A DNA stretch of 64,000 nucleotides from Minisyncoccia bacterium (GTDB lineage Bacteria; Patescibacteriota; Minisyncoccia; Phycocordibacterales; GWA1-40-21), in the NCBI GenBank assembly GCA_049287185.1, contig JBAQFI010000004.1, forward strand, positions 8,125 through 72,124, written 5' to 3'. Below, piece after piece: positions 30,085 through 39,839 of this stretch. Made by a program: the position numbers and the translations under genes. Below the pieces are notes generated by a model. It was not told the DNA's origin, did no database searches, and saw nothing but the letters and a program-made list of their open reading frames with translations. How positions within the stretch are numbered: the first letter of the stretch is position 1; the number at the start of each line of letters is the position of its first letter.

Positions 30085-30630
30085 ATGAAAAAAATACTTA
30101 AAAATAAACATGGCTTTGCTATTTTGTTCGCTATTTTAACCTCCAGTCTTTTACTAATGGTTGGCTTGTCAATTTTTAACATCTCTATAAAGGAGTTAAC
30201 TATTACCAGTTTTAATACTGAGTCCAAAAAAGCTATGTACGCTGCTCAAAGTGGTATGGAGTGCTTTATATACGGAACGTTCAATGCCAAAAAAATATTT
30301 AATTTTAAAACAGGAACTTTTTTAGAGGACGTTCCAGACGTTAATTGCGGAAGCAATACCGTCTTTAGTACCTTTGGTAAGGATCTGCCTTTTATTAGTT
30401 TCTCATTTACTTTAACTGATGATGAATCAAGTTCCTGTGCCATTGTTAAAATAACTGATGATGGGGAGGAAATAAACACAGTCACGGGCAGCACAACCTA
30501 TAAGATAATAGCTGATTCCTATGGTTATAATGCTAATGATTGTTCAAACATTGATTACCTAGAAAATAATACTCGTTTAGTGGAAAAATCCTTTCAGGCA
30601 AATCTAGCTGTGCCACAAGATACTAATTAG
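30085..30630 (+). CDS. PilX-like pilus assembly protein
   Basis: Non-canonical N-terminus HGFAILFAILTSSLLLMVGLSIFNIS typical of the PilX_N domain. Last gene of the pilin block. Confidence 0.5.
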   Translation: MKKILKNKHGFAILFAILTSSLLLMVGLSIFNISIKELTITSFNTESKKAMYAAQSGMECFIYGTFNAKKIFNFKTGTFLEDVPDVNCGSNTVFSTFGKDLPFISFSFTLTDDESSSCAIVKITDDGEEINTVTGSTTYKIIADSYGYNANDCSNIDYLENNTRLVEKSFQANLAVPQDTN

Positions 30631-32655
<2,025 letters not shown>

Positions 32656-32775
32656 TAGTCTTTAATATATAGTCTTTCCTTGAGGAATATAAGGACGCGG
32701 TCGCTGTCTTATTATCCCCAACGAAGGAGAATTTTTTGGCTTTTATTTTAACTATGTTTTTGCTATGATACCTTT

Positions 32776-33057
32776 ATGATCGACATTAAAGAAGTAAAAA
32801 ACCTAGCTGAATTGTCTAGGATTAAGATGACTGAAGAGGAAATGGCTAGTTTTGCTAGTGAAATTGATCCGATTTTAGACTATGTGGCCCAGATTAAAAA
32901 AGTAGTCGGTGATTCTACCGAACGCGAAGTTCCTCCACTTCACAATATTACCCGTAGCGACAATATGCCAAACCCAACTGGTGCTAATACTGAAGTTATA
33001 ACTGCCGAATTTCCACGTCGGGGTGGTAATCTATTAAAAGTAAAGAAAATACTTTAA
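32776..33057 (+). CDS. gatC: Asp/Glu-tRNA amidotransferase subunit C
   Basis: 93 aa, LAELSRIKMTEEEMASFASEIDPILDYV pattern of GatC. Immediately upstream of gatA. Confidence 0.75.
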   Translation: MIDIKEVKNLAELSRIKMTEEEMASFASEIDPILDYVAQIKKVVGDSTEREVPPLHNITRSDNMPNPTGANTEVITAEFPRRGGNLLKVKKIL

Positions 33058-33093
33058 ATAGCAGTTAGTATAAGGAGGACAGAGAGAAATAAA

Positions 33094-34515
33094 ATGGATA
33101 AATTTAAAAACATTACAATTGCTACCGCTCGAAAAGGTTTAGACCAAGGTGATTTTACAGCGACCGATTTGGTAAATTATTATTTAGATAATATTAAAAA
33201 TAAGGATACAGACATCCATGCTTATCTCGAAGTTTTTGCTGATGCTCTAGAACAAGCTAAATTGGCAGATGAAAAAATTGCCAAAGGCGAGAAAGGGGAG
33301 CTTCTTGGTATTCCATTTTCAATAAAAGATAATATTTTGTTCAAAGGACACAAAGCTTCTGCCTCATCTAAAATGTTGGAGAATTATACCGCCACTTATG
33401 ATGCTACTGGTATTAAAAAACTTAAAGACGCTGGTGTCATTATTTTAGGCCGAACCAATATGGATGAATTTGCCATGGGAAGTTCGACTGAAAATTCCGC
33501 GTTTGGCCCAACCAAAAACCCAGTGGATTTGAGCCGAGTGCCAGGTGGTTCTTCTGGTGGGGCGGCTGCCTCAGTGGCAGGAGATATGACCCTAATGGCC
33601 CTAGGAACCGATACAGGAGGCTCTGTCCGTCAACCAGCTAGTTTTTGTGGAGTGGTGGGTTTGATGCCGACTTATGGAGCAATTTCCCGCTATGGTATTA
33701 TGGCCATGGGTTCTTCACTAGATCAGATTGGACCAGTAGGGAAAACTGTTACTGACGTTGAAACCGTCTTTAAAGTTTTGAAAGGTCAGGATAGATATGA
33801 CGGAACCACTTTAGATTATTCTTTCCCAGAAATTTCTAAAGATAAGAAATTAAAAATTGGTGTACCAACCGAAATTTTAAAAATTGATGGCGTTGATGAA
33901 ACTGTCAGAAAGAATTTTGCCGAGGCAATTGAGACTCTGAAAAAAAATGGTCATGAAGTTAAAGATGTCAGTATGCCAAATCTTTCTTATGCTCTATCCG
34001 CTTATTATATTTTGATGCCAGCTGAAGTATCATCTAACTTGGCTCGTTTTGATGGAGTAAAATATGGACTACACAAGGATGGCAAGAATATGGTAGATGA
34101 TTATTTTGAAACTCGCCGCGAAGGCTTTGGTAAGGAAGTTCGCCGTCGTATTTTACTTGGTACTTATGTTTTATCTTCCGGCTATTATGATTCCTATTAC
34201 AACAAAGCCAATATTGTCAGACAATTAATTTCCAAAGATTATGATCAAGCCTTTGAACAGGTAGATGTTATTATCACTCCCACCACTCCAACCCCAGCTT
34301 TTAAATTCGGTGAAAAAACCGCTAATCCTCTCGAAATGTATTTGGCAGATATTTTTACTGTCCCAGTTAACATTGTTGGTGTGCCAGCCATCTCCGTTCC
34401 GTGTGGTTTTAAAGAAGTAGAAGGCAAGAAATTACCTCTAGGCTTGCAGTTTACCGCTCCGAAGATGCGTGAGGATTTATTGTTCCATATTGGTAAGAAT
34501 TTTCTTAACGAATAA
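33094..34515 (+). CDS. gatA: Asp/Glu-tRNA amidotransferase subunit A (amidase signature)
   Basis: Amidase signature GGSSGGAAASVAGD, Ser-cisSer-Lys context, GTDTGGS. Length 473 aa. Confidence 0.9.
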   Translation: MDKFKNITIATARKGLDQGDFTATDLVNYYLDNIKNKDTDIHAYLEVFADALEQAKLADEKIAKGEKGELLGIPFSIKDNILFKGHKASASSKMLENYTATYDATGIKKLKDAGVIILGRTNMDEFAMGSSTENSAFGPTKNPVDLSRVPGGSSGGAAASVAGDMTLMALGTDTGGSVRQPASFCGVVGLMPTYGAISRYGIMAMGSSLDQIGPVGKTVTDVETVFKVLKGQDRYDGTTLDYSFPEISKDKKLKIGVPTEILKIDGVDETVRKNFAEAIETLKKNGHEVKDVSMPNLSYALSAYYILMPAEVSSNLARFDGVKYGLHKDGKNMVDDYFETRREGFGKEVRRRILLGTYVLSSGYYDSYYNKANIVRQLISKDYDQAFEQVDVIITPTTPTPAFKFGEKTANPLEMYLADIFTVPVNIVGVPAISVPCGFKEVEGKKLPLGLQFTAPKMREDLLFHIGKNFLNE

Positions 34516-34565
34516 CTATTTGCATATTCGCATCTTTGTTTAAAAACTGATAAAATATACACAAT

Positions 34566-35189
34566 ATGTTTCCAGGCATTGATACCTTACATTCATATGA
34601 TCTTGTCAGTTTAATTAAGGCAATTTTAGACTGGCTTAGGAAATTTTTGAATGACCCGTCTTGGCTTAAAGCACTGGCAGAGTGGTTTAACATCAACTTT
34701 CCTGAAGTTAGTAATACTATTTTAAACCTAGCCCTCTTTATGTCCCTAGTTTTTTTGTGGGGTGTTATTTATTACTCCTCAAAAATTTATAATTTGCATA
34801 AACACGATAATCTTTTGAAGTATGCCGTGCCACCGGCTGATGAAAATCATGGTCTTAAATTAGCCCCTGATATTATGAAGCAACGCTGGAGCAGGGTAAT
34901 GGAACACATTTCCTCACCGGCTGATAATGACTGGAAATTGGCTATTCTCGAAGCTGATATAATGCTCGATGAGATGTTGGATAGACAAGGTTACCACGGC
35001 GAGAGTATCGGGGATAAGCTGAAGAAAGTAGAAACAGCAGATTTCGATTCTATTAATGAGGCATGGGAGGCACACAAAATTCGTAATCAAATTGCTCACG
35101 AGGGTTCAGCTTTTATGTTGAGTCAGCGACAGGCCAAAGAAACCGTTGCTATGTACGAGAAAGTCTTCAAGGAGTTTAGGATGATTTAA
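34566..35189 (+). CDS. hypothetical membrane protein
   Basis: One central TM (LALFMSLVFLWGVIYY). No motif. Confidence 0.4.
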   Translation: MFPGIDTLHSYDLVSLIKAILDWLRKFLNDPSWLKALAEWFNINFPEVSNTILNLALFMSLVFLWGVIYYSSKIYNLHKHDNLLKYAVPPADENHGLKLAPDIMKQRWSRVMEHISSPADNDWKLAILEADIMLDEMLDRQGYHGESIGDKLKKVETADFDSINEAWEAHKIRNQIAHEGSAFMLSQRQAKETVAMYEKVFKEFRMI

Positions 35190-35202
35190 TCAAAATAATA
35201 GA

Positions 35203-35226
35203 AAATCCCCATGGTAGGGGATTTTC
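35203..35226. terminator. bidirectional terminator hairpin
   Basis: aaaatcccc-atggt-aggggatttt, T/A runs on both sides. It sits between a + CDS and a - tRNA. Confidence 0.65.
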
Positions 35227-35235
35227 AAATTTGTT

Positions 35236-35303
35236 GCGGGGCCTGGAATCGCACCAGGGTCTAGAGGTTATGAGCCTCTCGAGATACTGCTTCTCTACCC
35301 CGC
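35236..35303 (-). tRNA. tRNA with CAU anticodon (Met/fMet/Ile2-type), compact
   Basis: Minus-strand read: GCGGGGU acceptor pairing ACCCCGC, anticodon arm AGAGG-cuCAUaa-CCUCU, T-arm CCUGG-UGCGAUU-CCAGG. Only ~68 nt, with an atypical T-loop and 3-bp D-stem, so boundaries are uncertain. Confidence 0.55.
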
Positions 35304-35407
35304 TATATAACTGCAATATCATATCGCAAAAAAACAAAAATGGCAAGGGACTGAAAATAAGGTTGTTTTTCCTCAAAAAAATGTTATATTAGTTTGGTTC
35401 AAGATAT

Positions 35408-35481
35408 GTCGGCGTAGCTCATCTGGCTAGAGCGTGGGACTCATAAGCCCAAGGTAGATGGTTCAAGTCCATCCGCCGACA
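35408..35481 (+). tRNA. tRNA-Met (CAU) (elongator or Ile2-lysidine type; G1-C72 paired)
   Basis: GUCGGCG acceptor/CGCCGAC, D-arm GCUC-AUCUGGCUA-GAGC, anticodon loop cuCAUaa, T-arm GAUGG-UUCAAGU-CCAUC, discriminator A. Confidence 0.8.
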
Positions 35482-35585
35482 CAATTGCAATGTAAATTTT
35501 CGTGTTTTATTTAAACCTTCCCCTAAGAATTTTTAGTCCTCGAAAGTGGTTAGTATAACTGCCTGTCACGTGATATAATAATTAT

Positions 35586-36260
35586 GTGCCAATCTTTAAA
35601 GATGTTAACAAGGATTTTTTCAAAAAATGGACACCCAATATGTCATATGTTTTGGGTTTTTTCGCAGCTGATGGTTATATTACTTTGAATAAAAGAAATG
35701 CAAATTTCTGGTGTATTCAAATTAAGGACAATAAACTTTTGCAAGAAATAAGAAAAGCAGTTGGCTCAAATCATAAAATTAGCGAGAGGTTTAATAATAA
35801 ATATAAGACTACTTTATATCGTCTTCAGATTGGTAGTAAAGAAATGTGTGATGATTTAAGAAAATTAGGATTTTATGAGGGTAAAACAAAGAACCTATCA
35901 GTACCAAATGTCCCTAGTAAATACTTCAAAGATTTTATTAGGGGATATTTTGATGGTGATGGTAATGTTTGGTCTGGACTTGTACATAAGGAAAGGGCTA
36001 AACCATTATTGACTATACGTTGTGTTTTTACTTCCTGTTCAAAACAGTTCCTTCTCGATATTCATGAACGTTTGTTGTGTTTCGGTGTTTCAGGTGGTGT
36101 TTTGAGTAAGGGTCAAGGTAACTATTATAGACTCACTTATAGCGCAAAAAGTACTTTGATTTTTTATGATTTTGTGTATAATGGTATAGTCAAAGATTCG
36201 AGCGGTTTGCACCTTGAACGAAAAAAAAGAATTTTTGATAAATATAGAATGCAGTTGTAG
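35586..36260 (+). CDS. LAGLIDADG homing endonuclease (double-motif, single-chain)
   Basis: Two LAGLIDADG motifs: LGFFAADGYI and RGYFDGDGNV, about 100 aa apart. The track uses a GTG start at 35586; an in-frame ATG (MSYVLGFF...) at 35640 is an alternative. The stop codon lies inside the tRNA-Asp 5' acceptor stem. Confidence 0.8.
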   Translation: MPIFKDVNKDFFKKWTPNMSYVLGFFAADGYITLNKRNANFWCIQIKDNKLLQEIRKAVGSNHKISERFNNKYKTTLYRLQIGSKEMCDDLRKLGFYEGKTKNLSVPNVPSKYFKDFIRGYFDGDGNVWSGLVHKERAKPLLTIRCVFTSCSKQFLLDIHERLLCFGVSGGVLSKGQGNYYRLTYSAKSTLIFYDFVYNGIVKDSSGLHLERKKRIFDKYRMQL

Positions 36261-36545
36261 CTCAATTGGTTAGAGCACTCGCCTGTAGACGTACGTGCAG
36301 CTTTCCTTCTGAAAGGGGGATTGAAACTCTCTGGGATAACGGTGGAGGCTAAGTTCATCAATTTGGTGAATAAGCGAATACCGTGGGAACCTCAATAATT
36401 TGTTGAGGGCGCCGTAGAGACTAGATACCGGAGTACCTAAATTTGCTTTTAGCAAATATGGTAAAGATATAGTCCACGCCATTATGAAAATATTGGAATT
36501 AGTGCACGCGAGAGGTCGCGGGTTCAAATCCCGTCAACTGCGCCA
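36251..36545 (+). tRNA. tRNA-Asp (GUC) interrupted by a group I intron in the anticodon loop; CCA encoded
   Basis: 5' exon 36251-36286 (GCAGUUG acceptor, D-arm GCUC-AAUUGGUUA-GAGC, CUCGC + cugu). 3' exon 36505-36545 (cac + GCGAG, var AGGUC, T-arm GCGGG-UUCAAAU-CCCGU, CAACUGC, G, CCA). Spliced loop cuGUCac. The arms closely match E. coli tRNA-Asp. Confidence 0.8.
36287..36504 (+). ncRNA. group I self-splicing intron (218 nt, no internal ORF)
   Basis: Exon ...CUGU pairs with IGS gcag (U·G at the 5' splice site, P1). The adjacent cgtg pairs with 3' exon cacg (P10). Conserved R-like gccgtagAGACUAgata and S element AAGAUAUAGUCC are present (P7 strands). The intron ends in G (omega G) at 36504. 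Confidence 0.8.
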
Positions 36546-36583
36546 AAATTAAACCGCCTTGTGCGGTTTTAATTTTGGCGCAG
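36541..36583 (+). terminator. long terminator hairpin incorporating the tRNA-Asp CCA end
   Basis: gcgccaaaattaaaccgc-cttgt-gcggttttaattttggcgc (18-bp stem). Confidence 0.7.
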
Positions 36584-36824
36584 TAAAACCAGTTTGAGAA
36601 AACTGGTTTTGTTCATTTGAAAATGAACTGACGGGATTTGAAAGACGGAACGCACCGAACGAAGTGAGGTCTGAATCTAGCAAGATTCAGAAGTGAGTCG
36701 GGGTCGAGAGTTCTGACGAGTGACGACGAGGAAGAAACTCGTGACCAATCATCCCGTCACTATTATCCTAATTACAAAATATCCAAAGAAGGGACTGACC
36801 CTGTAAGGGTCAAATCCCGTCAAC
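36546..36824 (+). other. structured ~280-bp insert downstream of tRNA-Asp, closed by a direct repeat of the tRNA 3' end
   Basis: gggtcaaatcccgtcaac (36807-36824) matches tRNA-Asp 3' end gggttcaaatcccgtcaac (36519-36537) with one deletion. The interior has multiple hairpins (aaccagtttgag...ctggtt; ctgaatct...attcag; tgacggga...tcccgtca closing a ~115-nt domain). Confidence 0.5.
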
Positions 36825-36893
36825 CTGTTATTTTCAAAATTCCACATTTAATTTTCATCTCGTCAATATTTTTCTTAAACTATTTACGTTATA

Positions 36894-37193
36894 ATGCTTT
36901 CTGTTATGTTTAATTTCTTTAAGAAAAAAACCCCGAAGAGTATTGTTAAGAAACAAATCAAATCCGGTCTAATTTCTGCCGAGCAAGTTATTAATGAAAT
37001 ACCTAAAACAGATTTAGATAAAATGGGTGGTATAAAAGGTCTACTAGATCAAACAAAAGTTAATATTGCTGATTCCTTGGCCACTTATGGTTTTACTTAT
37101 GAATCTAAAATCATTATCAGTTTAGATACTAAATCATTTTCAAATATCAAGCAGTTTGAGCGCAATATCTGGAGAGCAGTTGGAACCTGCTAG
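36894..37193 (+). CDS. hypothetical protein (99 aa)
   Basis: ORF with RBS-like spacing. No motif. Confidence 0.35.
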   Translation: MLSVMFNFFKKKTPKSIVKKQIKSGLISAEQVINEIPKTDLDKMGGIKGLLDQTKVNIADSLATYGFTYESKIIISLDTKSFSNIKQFERNIWRAVGTC

Positions 37194-37431
37194 ATCTCCC
37201 CTGCTTATTAATAGGGAATAGTATGTAATTGACGGTTTTTTGTTGTAGAACACATATTTATAGGTGTCAATATATCTATTGACAAATAAGGTAAACTATG
37301 CTACCATTAATTTAGATTGCCATTTAACATATATAACTAAAATATCAACGAACTTATGAAAGGCTGAGAAATACGGCTCTAATTCAAAACCAATCCACAT
37401 CTGGGGTTGTGGACAAATAGAAGAGGCTAAT

Positions 37432-38016
37432 ATGAAATTGTTTACTATGCTGGTAATTATCGTTGCCATGATGTCCACAAACATCTGGGCGAAACCAACA
37501 AATGAAACAAATGAAAAGCTATCTTCCGATACAGTGTATCGGATGGGAATAGTCGAATCAGGATGGAAGGATGGTAGTGTAGGTGACAAAAAGCTTAAAG
37601 AAAAAGCCTATGGTGCCCTCCAGATCAGACAGCCAGCTCTCACTGATGTGAATAAGAAGCTTGGGACGAAATACACGAGCCTTGATTGCATCAATTCGAG
37701 AGAGGTTAGTATCACGGTCGCTATAGAATATACTTCTAAGTATGCGACTGAAAGTCACTTGGGTAGAAAACCTACTCAGAGAGATATGGTGCTTATCTAC
37801 AATGGTGGACCGTGTGCAGCGTTTGAAAACGGTGCAATTGATAAACTTGGCCACCTACCGAAAGATCCTAAGATGGCGGCAAGGGTAAAACTTTGTCAGA
37901 GAAACGCCAGGATCTACGCTCAGAAAGTATTCAGTGTTCCATTGTCTTCTGAGCGAATGGAAAGAGAGGTTCTATGTTACGTTGGTATAGAAAAATTTGG
38001 AAGACCGAAATCATGA
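37432..38016 (+). CDS. secreted lytic transglycosylase-like protein (SLT domain)
   Basis: Signal peptide MKLFTMLVIIVAMMSTNIWA. Catalytic Glu context GIVESGW and AYGALQIRQ (SLT family-1 GLMQ-type motif). Confidence 0.5.
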   Translation: MKLFTMLVIIVAMMSTNIWAKPTNETNEKLSSDTVYRMGIVESGWKDGSVGDKKLKEKAYGALQIRQPALTDVNKKLGTKYTSLDCINSREVSITVAIEYTSKYATESHLGRKPTQRDMVLIYNGGPCAAFENGAIDKLGHLPKDPKMAARVKLCQRNARIYAQKVFSVPLSSERMEREVLCYVGIEKFGRPKS

Positions 38017-38157
38017 ACTTCCAATAAAAACGCTAAAGACGCATCTCCTCAAGGGTGCGTCTTTTTTAATTATTAAAGATTGAAAAAATTTAAGAAATAG
38101 GCTATTATCATCACGTACCAAATTACTGATTTTATATTAGTAAAACTGCCGTTGTAG

Positions 38158-38206
38158 CTGTCTTGGTAGCTCGATAAGTCGCACGCCGTTGTAGCTGTCT
38201 TGGTAG
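38158..38206 (+). repeat. two tandem partial copies of the tRNA-Thr 5' end
   Basis: gccgttgtagctgtcttggtag at 38158 and again at 38185, versus the genuine 5' end gccgttgtagctcagttggtag at 38224. Each copy is followed by ~..gtcg(a)..cac. Confidence 0.6.
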
Positions 38207-38223
38207 ATAAAGAAGTCGATCAC

Positions 38224-38299
38224 GCCGTTGTAGCTCAGTTGGTAGAGCACGTCATTGGTAATGACGAGGTCACCAGTTCAATCCTGGTCAACGGCTCCA
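38224..38299 (+). tRNA. tRNA-Thr (GGU), CCA encoded
   Basis: GCCGUUG/CAACGGC acceptor, D-arm GCUC-AGUUGGUA-GAGC, anticodon arm CGUCA-uuGGUaa-UGACG, T-arm CACCA-GUUCAAU-CCUGG... discriminator U, CCA. Confidence 0.85.
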
Positions 38300-38344
38300 A
38301 AAATAAAATCGCTCAATAAGCGATTTTATTTTTGGAGCCGTTGA
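38288..38344. terminator. 26-bp perfect inverted repeat that includes the last 12 nt of tRNA-Thr (terminator / inverted tRNA 3'-end copy)
   Basis: tcaacggctccaaaaataaaatcgct (38288-38313), caata loop, then agcgattttatttttggagccgttga (38319-38344), the exact reverse complement. Followed by hairpin gtatgcaaat-tt-atttgcatac and ccaggattgaa (reverse complement of the T-loop region). Confidence 0.7.
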
Positions 38345-38539
38345 AGTATGCAAATTTATTTGCATACGTCCAGGATTGAAAGGCACAGCGATGTTTTTCG
38401 AACCACCAGCGAGAAAAACCGCGAGCCGGGGTCGCGAGCACCTACATATTTTGACAGAATATAATTCTGTCAAAATATTTAGTGACTCGAGACCAATCAG
38501 ACGAGTCTTCGAGTCTCCTGGTCAACGTTTTATCTGTTG

Positions 38540-38612
38540 AGCCAAGGGCGAGGATCGAACTCGCGACCTGCTGATTACGAATCAGCTGCTCTACCAACTG
38601 AGCTACCTTGGC
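38540..38612 (-). tRNA. tRNA-Thr (CGU)
   Basis: Minus-strand read GCCAAGG-UA-GCUC-AGUUGGUA-GAGC-A-GCUGA-uuCGUaa-UCAGC-AGGUC-GCGAG-UUCGAUC-CUCGC-CCUUGGC-U. Confidence 0.85.
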
Positions 38613-38856
38613 GGTCGTGACTGATTAGAATAATAAACAATAACACCAGTTATTGCAAAGAAAAATTGCAAAAAACATATATTAATTATATTATCAAATT
38701 CTACCGCCCCTGGAATGATAGTTTTTTGTCAGGTTCAAGTCCCTTTGTTATTTTTTATGGCTGTGCCTAAGAGGAGTTTAACTCTTCTGAACAAAATCAC
38801 TTCCTTTCCAGGGGTGGTTTTTTGTTGAGATATAATTTGCTATACTCATAATCAAC

Positions 38857-39738
38857 ATGGACGACAAAAAACAAAGAATTACGGAAATTGAAAACTTGAT
38901 GGTCCAAACTGACTTCTGGACCAATAAACACCAGGCGCAAGCTTTGATTAAAGAACTCCAGGATTTAAAAGAAGAACTAGCTGGCGTTGGTAAATATGAC
39001 AAAGGTGGAGCAATAATGACTATTCTCTCTGGTGCCGGTGGCACTGATTCGGAGGACTTTTCTAGTATGCTTTTGAAAATGTATTTCAAATATTTTGATA
39101 AGCGGGGTTGGGCGTATCATATTGTGCATCAAAATGAAAATGATCATGGTGGATACAGAAACATCACGATAGAAATTGACGGTAAAAATGTTTACGGTGA
39201 CCTTAAAGGCGAGTCCGGAGTTCATCGTTTAGTCAGGCTTTCACCTTTTAATACTAAAAGTTTGCGCCACACTTCTTTTTCGATGGTGGAAATTATTCCT
39301 AAGTTTGAAAAAGTGAATATTAATGATATTGAAATACCGGATGAAGAAATTCGGGTAGAATTTTCTCGGGCTGGTGGGCCAGGAGGACAGAACGTTAATA
39401 AGCGTGAGACCGCAGTACGAGTAGTCCATATCCCAACCAACTTGTCTGCTCATTCAGAGAATGAAAGGGCTCAAGCTCAAAATCGGGAAAAGGCCATCCA
39501 GATTTTAAAAGGTAAAATTTATGCGGCAATGGAAGCTGACCGTGTAAAAAAAGAGCAGGGAATGTATGTTAGTAAGACTATGGATATTGAATGGGGAAAC
39601 CAAATTCGTTCCTATGTTTTGCATCCTTATAAACTTGTCAAAGATCATCGAACAGATGTTGAGAGTCACGATCCCGAGGCTGTTTTTGATGGAGAACTCG
39701 ATGAATTTATTGAGGCAGAGAAAAAATTAGATAAATAA
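38857..39738 (+). CDS. prfB: peptide chain release factor, RF2-type (SPF tripeptide), compact 293 aa, no frameshift
   Basis: SPF (VRLSPFNTKS), GGQ (SRAGGPGGQNVNKRETAVRVVHIPT), ILSGAGGTDSEDF. Continuous frame from ATG. Domain 1 is shortened relative to E. coli RF2. Confidence 0.85.
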   Translation: MDDKKQRITEIENLMVQTDFWTNKHQAQALIKELQDLKEELAGVGKYDKGGAIMTILSGAGGTDSEDFSSMLLKMYFKYFDKRGWAYHIVHQNENDHGGYRNITIEIDGKNVYGDLKGESGVHRLVRLSPFNTKSLRHTSFSMVEIIPKFEKVNINDIEIPDEEIRVEFSRAGGPGGQNVNKRETAVRVVHIPTNLSAHSENERAQAQNREKAIQILKGKIYAAMEADRVKKEQGMYVSKTMDIEWGNQIRSYVLHPYKLVKDHRTDVESHDPEAVFDGELDEFIEAEKKLDK

Positions 39739-39839
39739 TTCCTTTTAATAGCTATAATTAAGTATATTTTCTGGCTGGCTTTATCATTTTTTTAGAAGTA
39801 TAATTAGAGAATAAAAACAAAAGTTAATTTTAATTACCA

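Noticed and set aside
32776-34515. Missing gatB after gatC-gatA as an anomaly
   Set aside because: gatB is frequently encoded elsewhere in bacterial genomes, so absence from this window is not informative.
36713-36745. Hammerhead-ribozyme-like CUGAcGAG ... GAAAC motif inside the insert downstream of tRNA-Asp
   Set aside because: I could not place a stem II between CUGANGA and GAAA, nor a stem I/III with a cleavage-site UH. The motif looks coincidental within a hairpin-rich region.
38158-38206. Possible mini CRISPR array from the two gccgttgtagctgtcttggtag repeats
   Set aside because: Only two copies, unequal spacers, and the repeat is simply the 5' end of the adjacent tRNA-Thr. No cas genes in the window.
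35200-38620. Integrated prophage or genomic island at the tRNA cluster
   Set aside because: No integrase, terminase or capsid-like genes. The intervals between tRNAs are only hundreds of bp. The structure fits a group I intron plus miniature inserts better than a prophage.
38778-39089. 103-aa minus-strand ORF overlapping the prfB start
   Set aside because: Antisense to a well-supported release factor gene and overlaps its promoter/RBS. No motif.
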